Of a stretch of 64,000 nucleotides of DNA, positions 1 to 12,294 are shown one piece after another (position 1 is the stretch's first letter; every line of letters starts with the position of its first letter). A model generated the notes under the pieces. It had not been told where the DNA came from. It searched no databases and saw only the letters and a program-made list of their open reading frames with translations. Made by a program: the position numbers and the translations under genes. Where the stretch lies: assembly GCA_003056085.1 (NCBI GenBank), contig LSNK01000003.1, positions 2,744-66,743 of the forward strand, read 5' to 3'. Origin of the DNA: Parcubacteria group bacterium M6-OD1-1 (GTDB lineage Bacteria; Patescibacteriota; Minisyncoccia; GWC2-36-17; M10-OD1-4).

Positions 1-3000
1 GCAGAAGTATTTGTTGTTGTGTCTCCACTGTCTACTATTGATGTGTCTGTGTTTGCATCTGCTTCGGCATCAGTTGTTATGTTTGTGGACTCATCATCGG
101 TCGTTGTTGTACTTGTGTCCGATTCATCAGTTGTTGTCGTATCTGCCGCAGAAGCATCGTCGGTTGCAGAAGTGTCGGTTGTTGTTGTGTCTCCGCTATC
201 TGCTGTTGTGTCTGTACTTGTATCTGTACTTGTATCTGCCCCACTATTTACTGATGTATCCGTTCCACTTTCTGTTGTTTCGTCTACTCCACTGTTGTTT
301 AAATCTGTCGCCTCATTTTCGGCTTCTGTTGTTGTTCCTGTCACATCTTCATCAGGACTTAAAAATCCTATTGCAGAAGCTTCCAAAATAGACTTGAGCT
401 GGTCTTTTGTAATACAGAGATCATCTATACAAAGCTTCTTTGTTTTTACTTGGTCAACCTCTATTTGTTTTGCTGTTATCTTTCCAAGCTCATCTATGCC
501 CCAAGCGCCTGAAGCGCTAGCAAGCGCTTTAATGTTTTTAATTTCTTTATTATTTAAATTAAGCGAGTACTGCCCGATGTATGCCGTTTCCCCTTGGTCT
601 GTGTTTATCATCCAAGGATTTGCTGTATTTTCTTCTGCGATATTTTCTGAAATACTGCTATATTTGCTACTTCCTCCTACATTTGCAAACATCATTACTT
701 TTCCAATTTCAGGACTATCATAATTTTCCAAAGCAATACCAAGAACCTTTCCTGTAGAAAATTCTGAACTCAAAGCCACAGCAACTCCGGAAATACTTGA
801 AGCCGTAAGTGTATCGCCTGTTTTTATTACGCCTGAAACTTTAACAGGAATTCTACCTTGTAAAGCAACCGGCAGACCATTTGTTGTTGAATATCCAAGA
901 GTAAATCCAGGTTTTGTTGAGATGACACCTACAGCATTTTTATATTTATCATTTGCCTTAACTATTCCGAAACTATCTTTAAAATCTATTGTTGTTGAAG
1001 CAGTTAAAATGTCTTCTGTTATTGCAACAACATCACCCGCCTCAAGCCCATCCTCAAAAGCTTGATATTTCTCTGCAAGGTCAGCCTGCTGAATAGTTAA
1101 ATTATCAGCATATATTGTTCCGCCTGTTGTACCGCATGCTCCTGCAACAGTAACGCACAAGGAACCTTGAACAGATAAAGTTGAGACAGGACTTGTTGTC
1201 GCAATACCAACTTTTCCACTATCAAGTACGGTAAATAAAGTACTTGAGGCGGAGTCTACAATTTCTAAAGCAGAAACTCCAGAAGTTCCATTCCCCCAAA
1301 CCGAAAGCTTAGCATAAGGTGAAGTTGTTCCGATGCCGATGTTCCCGCTTGAAAGTGTTGCACCTGCTCCATCAAGCCCAGTACCAAAAAGGAGATTACC
1401 TATGTTTAATGTGTTTGCGCTTGATGTACTTATAGCATCTATATTGTAACCAAGAATAATATTGTTTCCTCCTATTGTTAAGTTATCTCCTGCTTGGTAA
1501 CCCAGGAGAATATTGTTGTTTCCTGTTGCTAAAGCGGAACCTGCTTGGTAACCGAGAAATACATTATTTTGAAATGTTGTATTATTCCATCCCGCTCCAA
1601 GTCCCGCTCGGTAACCTACAGCTGTATTTCCATATCCTGTATTGTTGTAACGCATAGCATTTACACCTATCGCTGTATTTTCATACCCTGAAATATTGTA
1701 ATATTGAGCAAGTCTACCCACAGCTGTATTACTATATCCTGTAGTATTATTTCGAAGAGACTGACTACCAACGGATGCATTGTCAGCTCCTGTAGTGACA
1801 TAAAGGGATTCAAAACCAATAGCTGTATTATCAGATACTGAAACAGTATAACGAAGAGCTTTATAACCTATAGCTGTATTTTGATATCCTGTGGTGTTAT
1901 AGAAAAGAGAATCCTTACCAACAGCTATATTAGAATATCCTGTTGTATTTGAGTAAAGAGCTCTATCGCCATTAGCTGCATTTTCATATCCTGTTGTATT
2001 TGAGTAAAGAGCGGTTCTACCAATAGCTGTATTCATGTATCCTGTTGTATTTGCAGTAAGGGCTTGATAACCATTGGCTGTATTTCTATATCCTGTTGTA
2101 TTTGCAGCAAGAGCTTGATAACCATTGGCTGTATTTTCATATCCCACAGTATTTAAACTAAGCGCTTGATAACCAACCGCTGTGCTGCCGTCTGTTGAAG
2201 TCGCAACATTCAACGCTTGATAACCTAAAGCAGTGTTGTAAAACCCATCTGCAAGAAGCGCAGCTCCTGCTCCACTACCAACAAGTGTTGAGAAGTTTGT
2301 TGAAGAAGCGTAGAGTATTGTGTTCCCTGCTTGTTTGTAGCCTGAGTATTGGTCTGTGTTTATAAAGCCTGCTACAGAGAGTTTTGCGTATGGAGAGGTG
2401 GTACCTATTCCCAATCTGTTGTTTGTATCATCCCAGAAAAAGTTTGAGTTGTCTTGTGCTAAGTTTGAGCCGTTTGAGAAAACTACTGAACCTGCTGTTA
2501 GTGCTGTTGCAAAACTTTCTACATTTAAAGCAGATTGGTTTACAGATAGAACTCCTGATGCTGCTTGAAGTCCTGTTCCTGTTATGTCTGTTAAGTAATC
2601 AGAGCCAAGTGTGAATGCTGTTGTTGCGTTTAACATTGGAAGTGTTGAAGTTGCTGATGTTGAGGTTGCGGTAAAGTATTCTGAAACTGTTTCACCCACT
2701 ACTGAAAGCTTTGCGTAAGGGGAGGTTGTGCCGATGCCGATATTACCGGAATTTTTAACAATAAATAAATTACCACTGTCACCGACAGCAGCAGTAGAAG
2801 AAAGCATTAGTAAATCAGTTGCTCCACCATCCGCATTTATTTCCATACGAGCACCTGGGTTAGCCTCCCCAATGCCAAAATCCCCAGCAGTTGTTAAAAA
2901 AGCTACAGGGGTATTATTTGTTACAAAATTTAAATCAACATTTGAAAATGTTCCAAAATTCAGACCGGAAAGATTTACAAAGAAACCTCCTTCAATACCT

Positions 3001-6000
3001 ATTTTATTTTCAATTGTCATTTGTGCGTTATAAGAATTAGGATTTACATATAATCCATTATTAGAATTAGTCGGAGTCTGCCCACCGCCACCAATATGCA
3101 ATTCTTTAGTAGGACTCGCAGTTCCAATTCCAACATAACCCGTTGACCTATCATACACTATCCCACCACTACCAACATTAAACCCACCCGCGAAAGTTGA
3201 AGTTGCAGTTGTACTTGTCGCAGTAAAGTATTCTGCTACAGTTTCACCTACCACGGAAAGTTTTGCGTAAGGACTTGTTGTTCCGATGCCGACGTTGCCT
3301 CCACCTGTAGCAAACCATGCGCCGCCTGATGTGGTGAGTGAAGTTGATGAAGCGTATGTGAATGAAAGTCTGTCTGCGGATGGGTTGTATGTAAATGCTG
3401 ATTCCGATGCTAAAACGTCTGCCGCTGTTGTGTATAATACTGTGTTTGATCCTCCGAATGTTGAAAGTCCTGTGCCTCCATCTGCAACGGCGATATCTGT
3501 TCCGTTCCATACGCCTGAGGTTATTGTACCGAGTGATGTGATATTTCCCTGCACTGTTGTAGGAAGAGTTGAAGATATGGATGGAACTCCTGTTCCGCTG
3601 GTTATTAAAACTCCGTCATTTCCGGTTGTTATGGAAGCAAGTGCGTCTGCCGCTGTTGTGTAAAGCAGTGTGTTTGTTCCTCCAAATGTTGTGAGTCCTG
3701 TACCTCCTCTTGAAACCGCTAATGTTCCTGTTGTATCAGATATTGCGATTGCAAGAGAACTTGTTGCCGTATCAACCCAGCTTGTTCCGTTGTATGTTAT
3801 GACGTTACCGAATGCTACTCCTGTTGTGTCTACGTCTAAAAGGTCTGAAAGATATGAAGCTCCTACTCCTGCTCCTCCACTGTCTGATGAGCATACTAAA
3901 TATCCATTTGCATCTGTTGTTATCTTTCCTCCATTTCCAAGCCCTGAACAATCTATGGCTGCTATTTGAAGTCCTCCGCTTGAGAGTTTAACTCCATTTG
4001 CAAACGTTGAGGTTGCTGTTGTTGATGTTACATTAAGAAGGTTTGTTTGGATGCCTCCTGTGAATGTTGAAGTTGCAGATGTTGTTGCTGTATAGTTTGA
4101 GGCGACTACTTCTCCGACGACGGAGAGTTTGGCGTAGGGGGATGTTGTGCCGATGCCTGTATTGCCTGTGTTGTAATAAATATTAGATCCTGATGTTGTC
4201 CATTGTGAGAATAGGTTTGTTGAACCTTCCACTAAGTTGTCTGTGTTTATTGCAAGAGAACTTGTTGCCGTATCAACCCAGTCTGAACCATCCCATGTCA
4301 GTACATTGCCATATCCTACTCCTGATGTATTTACATCACTTAAATCTGAAATTGTGGCATTAAGTGAAATGGTGCTTCCTGTTAAAGAAAGTCCTGTTCC
4401 TGTCGCAAGGTCGGTATATGGTATCGCTATTGTTGAAGATGCTGTTGCTGTCCCTGAATTTAGATAAATAAATCCTGTTGAAGCGGAGAAGTCTTGACCT
4501 GTACCTCCTCTTGAAGCTGCAAGTGTCCCGGACCATTGTGATGTAAATGTATGGGTGGCTCCTGAACTTGTTATTGTTAGTCCTATATTTGTATCACTTG
4601 ATGTTGCAAAAGTTTGAGAACCTGACAAAAGACCATTTAAAGAAGTTATCCCATCTCCTATTCCAAGACATGTTCCATCGGGTTTCGTAAAGCACCCTGC
4701 TGAAATTGAGATTCCATTTGCAAACGTTGAGGTTGCTGTTGTTGATGTTACATTAAGAAGGTTTGTTTGGATGCCTCCTGTGAATGTTGAAGTTGCGGAT
4801 GTTGTTGCTGTATAGTTTGAAGCGACTACTTCTCCGACGACGGAGAGTTTGGCGTAGGGGGAGGTTGTGCTGATGCCGACGTTGCCTGTTGTACGATATA
4901 CATTGCCGCCAGAAGCACTCCAAGTCCCGACGGATCCGCCTATAAGTGAACCATTCCAATAAAGATCACCCGATGAGTCATTATAAAGTCTATTTGTTGT
5001 TACAGAGGGTGATGTGGCGCTAAAATATATCGGACCATTAACTGATAAAACATCTGTCGGCGATGAAGTTCCAATACCAATATTACCTGAACCATCAATA
5101 ACAAATCTGTCATTTGTTCCAAGTTTGGAAGAAGAGGCAATTTTAAATGAGCCTCCGTCAGAAAAATCAGAACCTATTGACCACTTATAATCCGAAGTAC
5201 TTGTAGAAGAAAAAGTAAGAACGGCATCTGCGCTTGATGTGGCGATGGTAAATGCCGTTGATGTTGCTTGTGTAAATATTGCCGTTGAAGAAGTTGCTGA
5301 ACCTATCGGGGTTGCGTCTATGCTCCCGCTGCCTATCGTTAAACCATCAACAACATAAGAATCGATTATACAATCTGTACACCCTCCTCTTGAAGCCACC
5401 GTACTAAGATCCGATGAATTGGTTATCGTCAAACCGCTTATGGAAATATCCGTACCAGCAGCCAAACTAAGCGCGCCTGTCTCGCCCTGCAAAGAACTAA
5501 CACCGGAAGAACTGACAAAAACAGAACGCCCGGACCCACCCGAAGATGAAATGACCGGATTTGAAGCAGTTCCTGTTATGGTTATATTCGAACCTGCAGT
5601 TATTTTGTTTATTATGTTAGATGCAAAAACTTTTCCTTCTCCCGCATTGATGTCAGTGTTATTGGTTGTTATTCCTCCGAAAGCCTCCATGACACCACGC
5701 GCGGTAATTTTGTTTCCAACATCAAGACTTCCAGTTATAGCCGCGCCTCCTCCTAAGCTAAGACTTCCTGATCCTGCAATATTCCTGCCAACCGTAATAT
5801 TTTTTGAAAAAACACTATTACCTGAAACATTAAGATCTAAGAGCGCAGAAAGATTTCTTGCTGTAAATGACCCTCTCACTGTTCCCGTCCCTTCAACCGT
5901 TATAGATCTCCCTATATTGGCGGAACCTCCGGTAATGAGTGATCCTTGAGAATTTACATTACCTGAAATTGAAAGACCACTGCCAATATCAACACCTGCG

Positions 6001-6800
6001 TTTATCTCAAGAACTTTAAATAAATTTTCTTCTTGATTTGATTTAATATCTTTGACAACTTCTTTTCTTGGTTGCAGCTGCTCCTCTGTAGTTGTACTTG
6101 TTTTTGTTTCTAAAACTTCCTGTGAAATATTTTTTTGTTCTTTAACTTTTTCAACGGTACTTGGTTTTTCTTCAATCTTTTTTCCAAAAAACCATTCTCT
6201 TATATTTTTTGCTATGCCGGTAAAAATATTTGCAGAAATATTTACATTTTCTTTTTTGGTCAAAACAAAACCATCGGCTGCAGAAGCAATTCTTGAAGAA
6301 TCACCCTCTGACAAAAATACTATGGAACTTCCGATATCAAAACCTGTGGACTCTGAAATTATTTTAGTAAAATTATGTCTTAAATAATTTTCATTTGCTT
6401 TTATAAATTTTACGGACTGTCCAAGTAAAATACCAAAAATAATAAAAACCCCCACATACATGACGGTTGTTTTTTTAGAAAATACTTTACTCAAAAAAAT
6501 CTCCTTAGCTAAAATTAGTTTTTTGTTTTTTAACGTCTGGGGATTTTTTTGGAATTTATTGTATTCTTGTTTTTGTTTTTGAGAAAGTTCTTTTTTTTGT
6601 TTTTGTTTTTTCTTGGTGTTTTGCTTCAAAAAAACTTCAAATGCATCTTCCTTTACATACCAAGAATTTCCAACTTTTTTCCCTTCCAATTTTCCCTGCC
6701 GACACAAACGAGAAATGTAGTCGTGAGTAAAACCACACCTTGAACCGGCATGCTTTGAAGAGATATATTTTTTCTTTTCAAAATAGAGAATTTTATCCAT
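1..6800 (-). CDS. Giant multi-domain membrane/surface protein, truncated at the window edge (more than 2266 aa in window). It has an N-terminal excisionase-type HTH, a Lys-rich linker, a TM helix and an extracellular tail-fibre-like body. That body carries GIGTTSPYAKLSV repeats, Hep_Hag-like repeats and an acidic Thr/Asp/Ser-rich C-terminal tail.
   Basis: The minus-strand frame (codon low-coordinates congruent to 0 mod 3) has no stop between the TAG at 6837-6839 and position 1. I checked this codon by codon over 6462-6836; the rest follows from the absence of any reported minus ORF in this frame. ATG at 6800 gives MDKILYFEKKKYISSKHAGSRCGFTHDYISRLCRQGKLEGKKVGNSWYVKEDAFEVF (HTH_17/excisionase-like), then a K/Q-rich linker. 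Alternative starts are TTG 6494 (strong AAGGAG SD 6 nt upstream) or ATG 6461, followed by the TM helix VMYVGVFIIFGILLG. Repeated SGNIGIGTTSPYAKLSV motifs occur (e.g. around 2706-2750, 3240-3300, 4130-4160, 4850-4880). NTxGYxNTAxGYxAL repeats are encoded around 1560-2290. All plus-strand ORFs in 11-6400 are antisense artefacts. Confidence 0.6.
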   Translation of the reverse strand, partial: MDKILYFEKKKYISSKHAGSRCGFTHDYISRLCRQGKLEGKKVGNSWYVKEDAFEVFLKQNTKKKQKQKKELSQKQKQEYNKFQKNPQTLKNKKLILAKEIFLSKVFSKKTTVMYVGVFIIFGILLGQSVKFIKANENYLRHNFTKIISESTGFDIGSSIVFLSEGDSSRIASAADGFVLTKKENVNISANIFTGIAKNIREWFFGKKIEEKPSTVEKVKEQKNISQEVLETKTSTTTEEQLQPRKEVVKDIKSNQEENLFKVLEINAGVDIGSGLSISGNVNSQGSLITGGSANIGRSITVEGTGTVRGSFTARNLSALLDLNVSGNSVFSKNITVGRNIAGSGSLSLGGGAAITGSLDVGNKITARGVMEAFGGITTNNTDINAGEGKVFASNIINKITAGSNITITGTASNPVISSSGGSGRSVFVSSSGVSSLQGETGALSLAAGTDISISGLTITNSSDLSTVASRGGCTDCIIDSYVVDGLTIGSGSIDATPIGSATSSTAIFTQATSTAFTIATSSADAVLTFSSTSTSDYKWSIGSDFSDGGSFKIASSSKLGTNDRFVIDGSGNIGIGTSSPTDVLSVNGPIYFSATSPSVTTNRLYNDSSGDLYWNGSLIGGSVGTWSASGGNVYRTTGNVGISTTSPYAKLSVVGEVVASNYTATTSATSTFTGGIQTNLLNVTSTTATSTFANGISISAGCFTKPDGTCLGIGDGITSLNGLLSGSQTFATSSDTNIGLTITSSGATHTFTSQWSGTLAASRGGTGQDFSASTGFIYLNSGTATASSTIAIPYTDLATGTGLSLTGSTISLNATISDLSDVNTSGVGYGNVLTWDGSDWVDTATSSLAINTDNLVEGSTNLFSQWTTSGSNIYYNTGNTGIGTTSPYAKLSVVGEVVASNYTATTSATSTFTGGIQTNLLNVTSTTATSTFANGVKLSSGGLQIAAIDCSGLGNGGKITTDANGYLVCSSDSGGAGVGASYLSDLLDVDTTGVAFGNVITYNGTSWVDTATSSLAIAISDTTGTLAVSRGGTGLTTFGGTNTLLYTTAADALASITTGNDGVLITSGTGVPSISSTLPTTVQGNITSLGTITSGVWNGTDIAVADGGTGLSTFGGSNTVLYTTAADVLASESAFTYNPSADRLSFTYASSTSLTTSGGAWFATGGGNVGIGTTSPYAKLSVVGETVAEYFTATSTTATSTFAGGFNVGSGGIVYDRSTGYVGIGTASPTKELHIGGGGQTPTNSNNGLYVNPNSYNAQMTIENKIGIEGGFFVNLSGLNFGTFSNVDLNFVTNNTPVAFLTTAGDFGIGEANPGARMEINADGGATDLLMLSSTAAVGDSGNLFIVKNSGNIGIGTTSPYAKLSVVGETVSEYFTATSTSATSTLPMLNATTAFTLGSDYLTDITGTGLQAASGVLSVNQSALNVESFATALTAGSVVFSNGSNLAQDNSNFFWDDTNNRLGIGTTSPYAKLSVAGFINTDQYSGYKQAGNTILYASSTNFSTLVGSGAGAALLADGFYNTALGYQALNVATSTDGSTAVGYQALSLNTVGYENTANGYQALAANTTGYRNTANGYQALTANTTGYMNTAIGRTALYSNTTGYENAANGDRALYSNTTGYSNIAVGKDSLFYNTTGYQNTAIGYKALRYTVSVSDNTAIGFESLYVTTGADNASVGSQSLRNNTTGYSNTAVGRLAQYYNISGYENTAIGVNAMRYNNTGYGNTAVGYRAGLGAGWNNTTFQNNVFLGYQAGSALATGNNNILLGYQAGDNLTIGGNNIILGYNIDAISTSSANTLNIGNLLFGTGLDGAGATLSSGNIGIGTTSPYAKLSVWGNGTSGVSALEIVDSASSTLFTVLDSGKVGIATTSPVSTLSVQGSLCVTVAGACGTTGGTIYADNLTIQQADLAEKYQAFEDGLEAGDVVAITEDILTASTTIDFKDSFGIVKANDKYKNAVGVISTKPGFTLGYSTTNGLPVALQGRIPVKVSGVIKTGDTLTASSISGVAVALSSEFSTGKVLGIALENYDSPEIGKVMMFANVGGSSKYSSISENIAEENTANPWMINTDQGETAYIGQYSLNLNNKEIKNIKALASASGAWGIDELGKITAKQIEVDQVKTKKLCIDDLCITKDQLKSILEASAIGFLSPDEDVTGTTTEAENEATDLNNSGVDETTESGTDTSVNSGADTSTDTSTDTTADSGDTTTTDTSATDDASAADTTTTDESDTSTTTTDDESTNITTDAEADANTDTSIVDSGDTTTNTS
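1560..2290 (-). repeat. Tandem 42-51-bp coding repeats encoding 14-17-aa NTTGYxNTAxGYQAL (Hep_Hag/YadA-head-like) units
   Basis: e.g. 2041-2091 and 2092-2142 are near-identical 51-mers (cctgttgtatttgcag.aag.gcttgataaccattggctgtattt..atat); more degenerate copies flank them. Confidence 0.7.
3992..4160 (-). repeat. Intragenic direct repeat copy A (about 170 bp); near-identical copy B lies exactly 720 bp downstream
   Basis: Lines 3961-4160 and 4681-4880 align base-for-base with about 3-4 mismatches (ccatttgcaaacgttgaggttgctgttgttgatgttacattaagaaggtttgtttggatgcctcctgtgaatgttgaagttgc...). Confidence 0.85.
4712..4880 (-). repeat. Intragenic direct repeat copy B (about 98% identical to 3992-4160)
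   Basis: Direct comparison of sequence lines; encodes a repeated protein module of the giant protein. Confidence 0.85.
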
Positions 6801-7486
6801 AAAATATTTCAGAATTTCTTGGGTCGTATTCCCGAACTAACTATAGTTTAACACGAAAAGTCGCCTAAGTTAAAACTAAAAACAACAAAATCTGTGGATA
6901 AAAAATAATGTTTGTTTTTTAGTAAAATATACTAAATTATCAACCTCAGAATTTCATTTTTAAAAAGCCTAACATTGCTATAAAATAAAATTAAAAGTCG
7001 TCTAAACGAACAGACGACCTTACCCCTTTTAGAGATAAAATGATCTAAATTTTACAATTTATAAATACAAAATAGAATTAATTTGGAAGCAAGGCTTCCA
7101 AATTAAAAGGTTTTAAGATTTTAAGATTTAAAAGCTTAAGGACTTAAATATTTAAACTTTTAAATATACCTGTATTTATTTCTTCAAAATATATAATTTT
7201 AAGCAACAAACTACAATAAAGCACAAACTTCTGTTTATAAGGCTTATATTCTATTTTTTGAGTTTTAATTTGGCATATTTTGTATTTTTTTGACTTTGTG
7301 ATTTACAATCACATTATTTGAAAATCAGTAATTTATTGTAATTTTACTGCAAAAACACCCTATCCAAAATAAATAAGATGCTTTTGTTTGAAATTCTAAA
7401 TTTAGTCTATTTTATTAGTTATTTCGCCTTAACGAACTGGTTAATTTTGTTCGTTATACTATAAAAATAATCAAAATACTATTAAA

Positions 7487-7525
7487 AAACCCCACTTGGA
7501 GACCTCATCTCCAGGTGGGGTTAAT
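7487..7525 (-). terminator. Rho-independent terminator downstream of atpC (13-bp stem ccccacttggaga/tctccaggtgggg, then U-run on minus strand)
   Basis: Inverted repeat with one G-U wobble, A6 run on plus strand immediately 5' (equals U-run on minus-strand transcript). Confidence 0.6.
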
Positions 7526-7540
7526 TATAGAATATTACTA

Positions 7541-7822
7541 TTATGACTCTATCTGAGTAAATATTAAAACATCATTTCCATGCACTTGCATCACAGCGCT
7601 ATCAAATGAAAACTCCTTTTCTCCTTCTGATGCACTACGAACGATAATCGGGATTTTTTCTTTAATTAAAGTAATAAAATTTGCATGCTGGGGAAGAATA
7701 TCAAAAGGACCGGAAGCGTTTTTTGAAGATATGGAATACGCCTTCCCTTCCCATAATATTTCATTGGGATTTAGAATTTTTACAGACAATAATTCTGATG
7801 TATTTATTTTGGTTTTAAACAT
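7541..7822 (-). CDS. atpC: F-type ATP synthase epsilon subunit
   Basis: 93 aa; GPFDILPQHANFITLIKEKIPIIV matches the F1-epsilon beta-sandwich motif (ILPxHAPLxTxLKPG); follows atpD. Confidence 0.75.
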   Translation of the reverse strand: MFKTKINTSELLSVKILNPNEILWEGKAYSISSKNASGPFDILPQHANFITLIKEKIPIIVRSASEGEKEFSFDSAVMQVHGNDVLIFTQIES

Positions 7823-8067
7823 ACCTTTAAGCTACAATTTAGGAAGTAGGAAGTTAAAATAAATTTTCAATTTATACTTTTGAATTTTGATTGAATTTTT
7901 AAAAAATAACCAAGATACAAGAAACAAGTTACAAACAAAATATAATAATCAAATTCCAAGTTAAAACATGATGCCGTTTTGATTATTGATTTTTAGAATT
8001 TGTTTGTTACTTGGGATTTGTTTCTTGTTACTTTATCTTCTATTCAAAATTAAAGTTTAAAGTTTAT

Positions 8068-10279
<2,212 letters not shown>

Positions 10280-10289
<10 letters not shown>

Positions 10290-11728
10290 ATTTTTTCTAA
10301 AATTTCTGTCTTCGTTTCAATATGTTTAATAAACTCATCTAAAGATATTTCTTCTTTTGCAAGTTTTCTGGTGTCGTTAAAATTTGGATCTTCTCTAAGT
10401 GATTCAATTAATATTTTTTTATATTTATCTAAAAATACTTCTTCTTTATCTAATAAAAAAGGAATGAAAGCCAAGGAAAGCAGCATTATTTGAACATTTG
10501 ATAAAACTTCATCAAAAGGATTTTGTCTTAACAACTCTTTTAAAAGTGAGCCTTGGTGTAAAATTTTCTGAGTTCTGCTGCTTACTTGCGACCCGAACTG
10601 GCTATATTCTTTTTGTCTTTCATATTCTGAAAGAAGAACCAAAACACGGTTTGCTAATTGTCTTTGTAAAATAGTTTGAGTATGACTTCCCACACGTGTT
10701 ACCGACTGCTCTACACTAATAGATGGATAATGTCCTTGTGCGCGCAATGCTGAAGAAAAAGAAAAATGACCGTCAGTTGCTGACATGATATTAGTAGGAA
10801 TCAAGTCTGTGCTGCTCTTTATACCTATTTCAAGAACAGGTAAAAGAGTAATAGAGCCACCTCCATATTTGTCATTGAAATGCCCGGAACGCTCCATAAG
10901 ATGAGCATGCTGATAAAACATATCTCCAGGATATGATTCACGACCCGGTAAACGTTCTTCAAGCAATGCTATTTCACGAACATATTTTGCATGTGTGCTT
11001 AAATCATCCAAAATAAGCAAAACATTTTTTCCTTGCTTGGAAAAGTGCTCGGCTATTGAAAATGCCACGGATGGTGCTATGGAAATAAGAGATGGCAAAT
11101 CACTTGAAAGAGCTCCTAAAACAATTGTATTCTTACCGCCATTTTTCTCAAATATACTTGAAGCAATTCTACCAACGGCATCAAGAGATTTGCCGATAGC
11201 CGCGTAGATGCAAACTGTATCCGTATCCTTTTGATTAATCACAGCATCTTTTAAAAATGAGGTTTTCCCGCTTCTTGGGGGTCCAAACACAAGTTGTCTT
11301 TGACCCATTCCAAGTGGAAATAAAACATCAACAAATGTAAGCCCTGTCAAAAACTGATCTTTTATTTCTTCTCTTGAACTAATTCCTGAGGCTATCACAT
11401 TAAGCTCAAGAGAGGTATTGTTTTCCGGGAAGCCTCCTTTGCCATCAATGCTTTTCCCAAGAGCATTGATAATGCGACCAAATAGATGATCTCCAAAAGA
11501 AAATATTTTCTCGCTTCCGCGCAGAAAAAAACGATCTCCCGGTTTTTTAAAAACAGAATCCAGCATAAGAGCTTTCACATGATCTTTTTCAAGTGAAATT
11601 ACAAGGGCCTTATTCCCATCTTCATCTCTTAAAATATTATTTATTTTTGCAGACGGCAAACCCTCAAGCGCAATCAAATATCTTTTTGCGCTAACCACAA
11701 GCCCAACTTCATTTTCATTTATTTCCAT
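10280..11728 (-). CDS. atpA: F-type ATP synthase alpha subunit
   Basis: GQRQLVFGPPRSGKTSFLKDAVINQK (P-loop), IYAAIGKSLDAVGRI, 482 aa. Confidence 0.9.
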
Positions 11729-12294
11729 TATTTTGATTGATTAAATTGATTGATCATACTAATAATTTCTTCTTCTCTTTTTTTAACAGAATTTTTAAAA
11801 GAAAAATTATAATAAATACTATTCCACACAAAAGCGCAACCCGCGACAATAGAAGAATCAACTTCTACATCCATAAATATATTTTCATTTATATTTTTGC
11901 GAAACCACTCCCCCAAATGAGAAATCTCGTCATCTGAGAACTTAACGGGCAAGTAAATTTTTATATTTGGAAGAAGATTAATATCGTTGGTTATTTCTTT
12001 TAAAATATACTGAAAGTTCTCTGTATTGAATTTAGTATAAAAATCATCTCCGTAACTCAAAAGATCATTGATTATTTTTTCAGATTCTCCACCCTCTTTT
12101 TCTTTTAAAAAATAACTCAATAGTTCTTTTGTTGCTTGAGTTTTATTTAAAGAAAAAAATGTATATTCAAAAAATTCCTTAAGCAAAGCCACTTTATGGT
12201 AAAAACCTGACTTTGTGTATGTATTGTTTATAATTTTATATGTTTGATTATTCATTTGAATTTTTGCTATCAAAAATATTTTCTTTTTTTGCAT
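11728..12294 (-). CDS. atpH: F-type ATP synthase delta (OSCP) subunit
   Basis: 188 aa, operon position between b and alpha; C-terminal VDSSIVAGCAFVWNSIYY resembles the OSCP C-terminus. Confidence 0.55.
   Translation of the reverse strand: MQKKKIFLIAKIQMNNQTYKIINNTYTKSGFYHKVALLKEFFEYTFFSLNKTQATKELLSYFLKEKEGGESEKIINDLLSYGDDFYTKFNTENFQYILKEITNDINLLPNIKIYLPVKFSDDEISHLGEWFRKNINENIFMDVEVDSSIVAGCAFVWNSIYYNFSFKNSVKKREEEIISMINQFNQSK

Noticed and set aside
1560-2290. Short tandem DNA repeats as a possible CRISPR array
   Set aside because: The repeats are in-frame coding units (14-17-aa protein repeats) with no unique spacers and no cas genes.
11-6387. Ten plus-strand ORFs (11..391, 19..723, 1475..1657, 2356..2568, 2384..2614, 2728..3033, 3286..3663, 3670..3969, 4237..4467, 5419..5949, 6052..6387) and minus ORFs 3244..3510, 4753..4959
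   Set aside because: All lie antisense or out-of-frame within the giant minus-strand open frame. Their low-complexity V/S/T-rich translations are artefacts of the repeat-rich coding strand.
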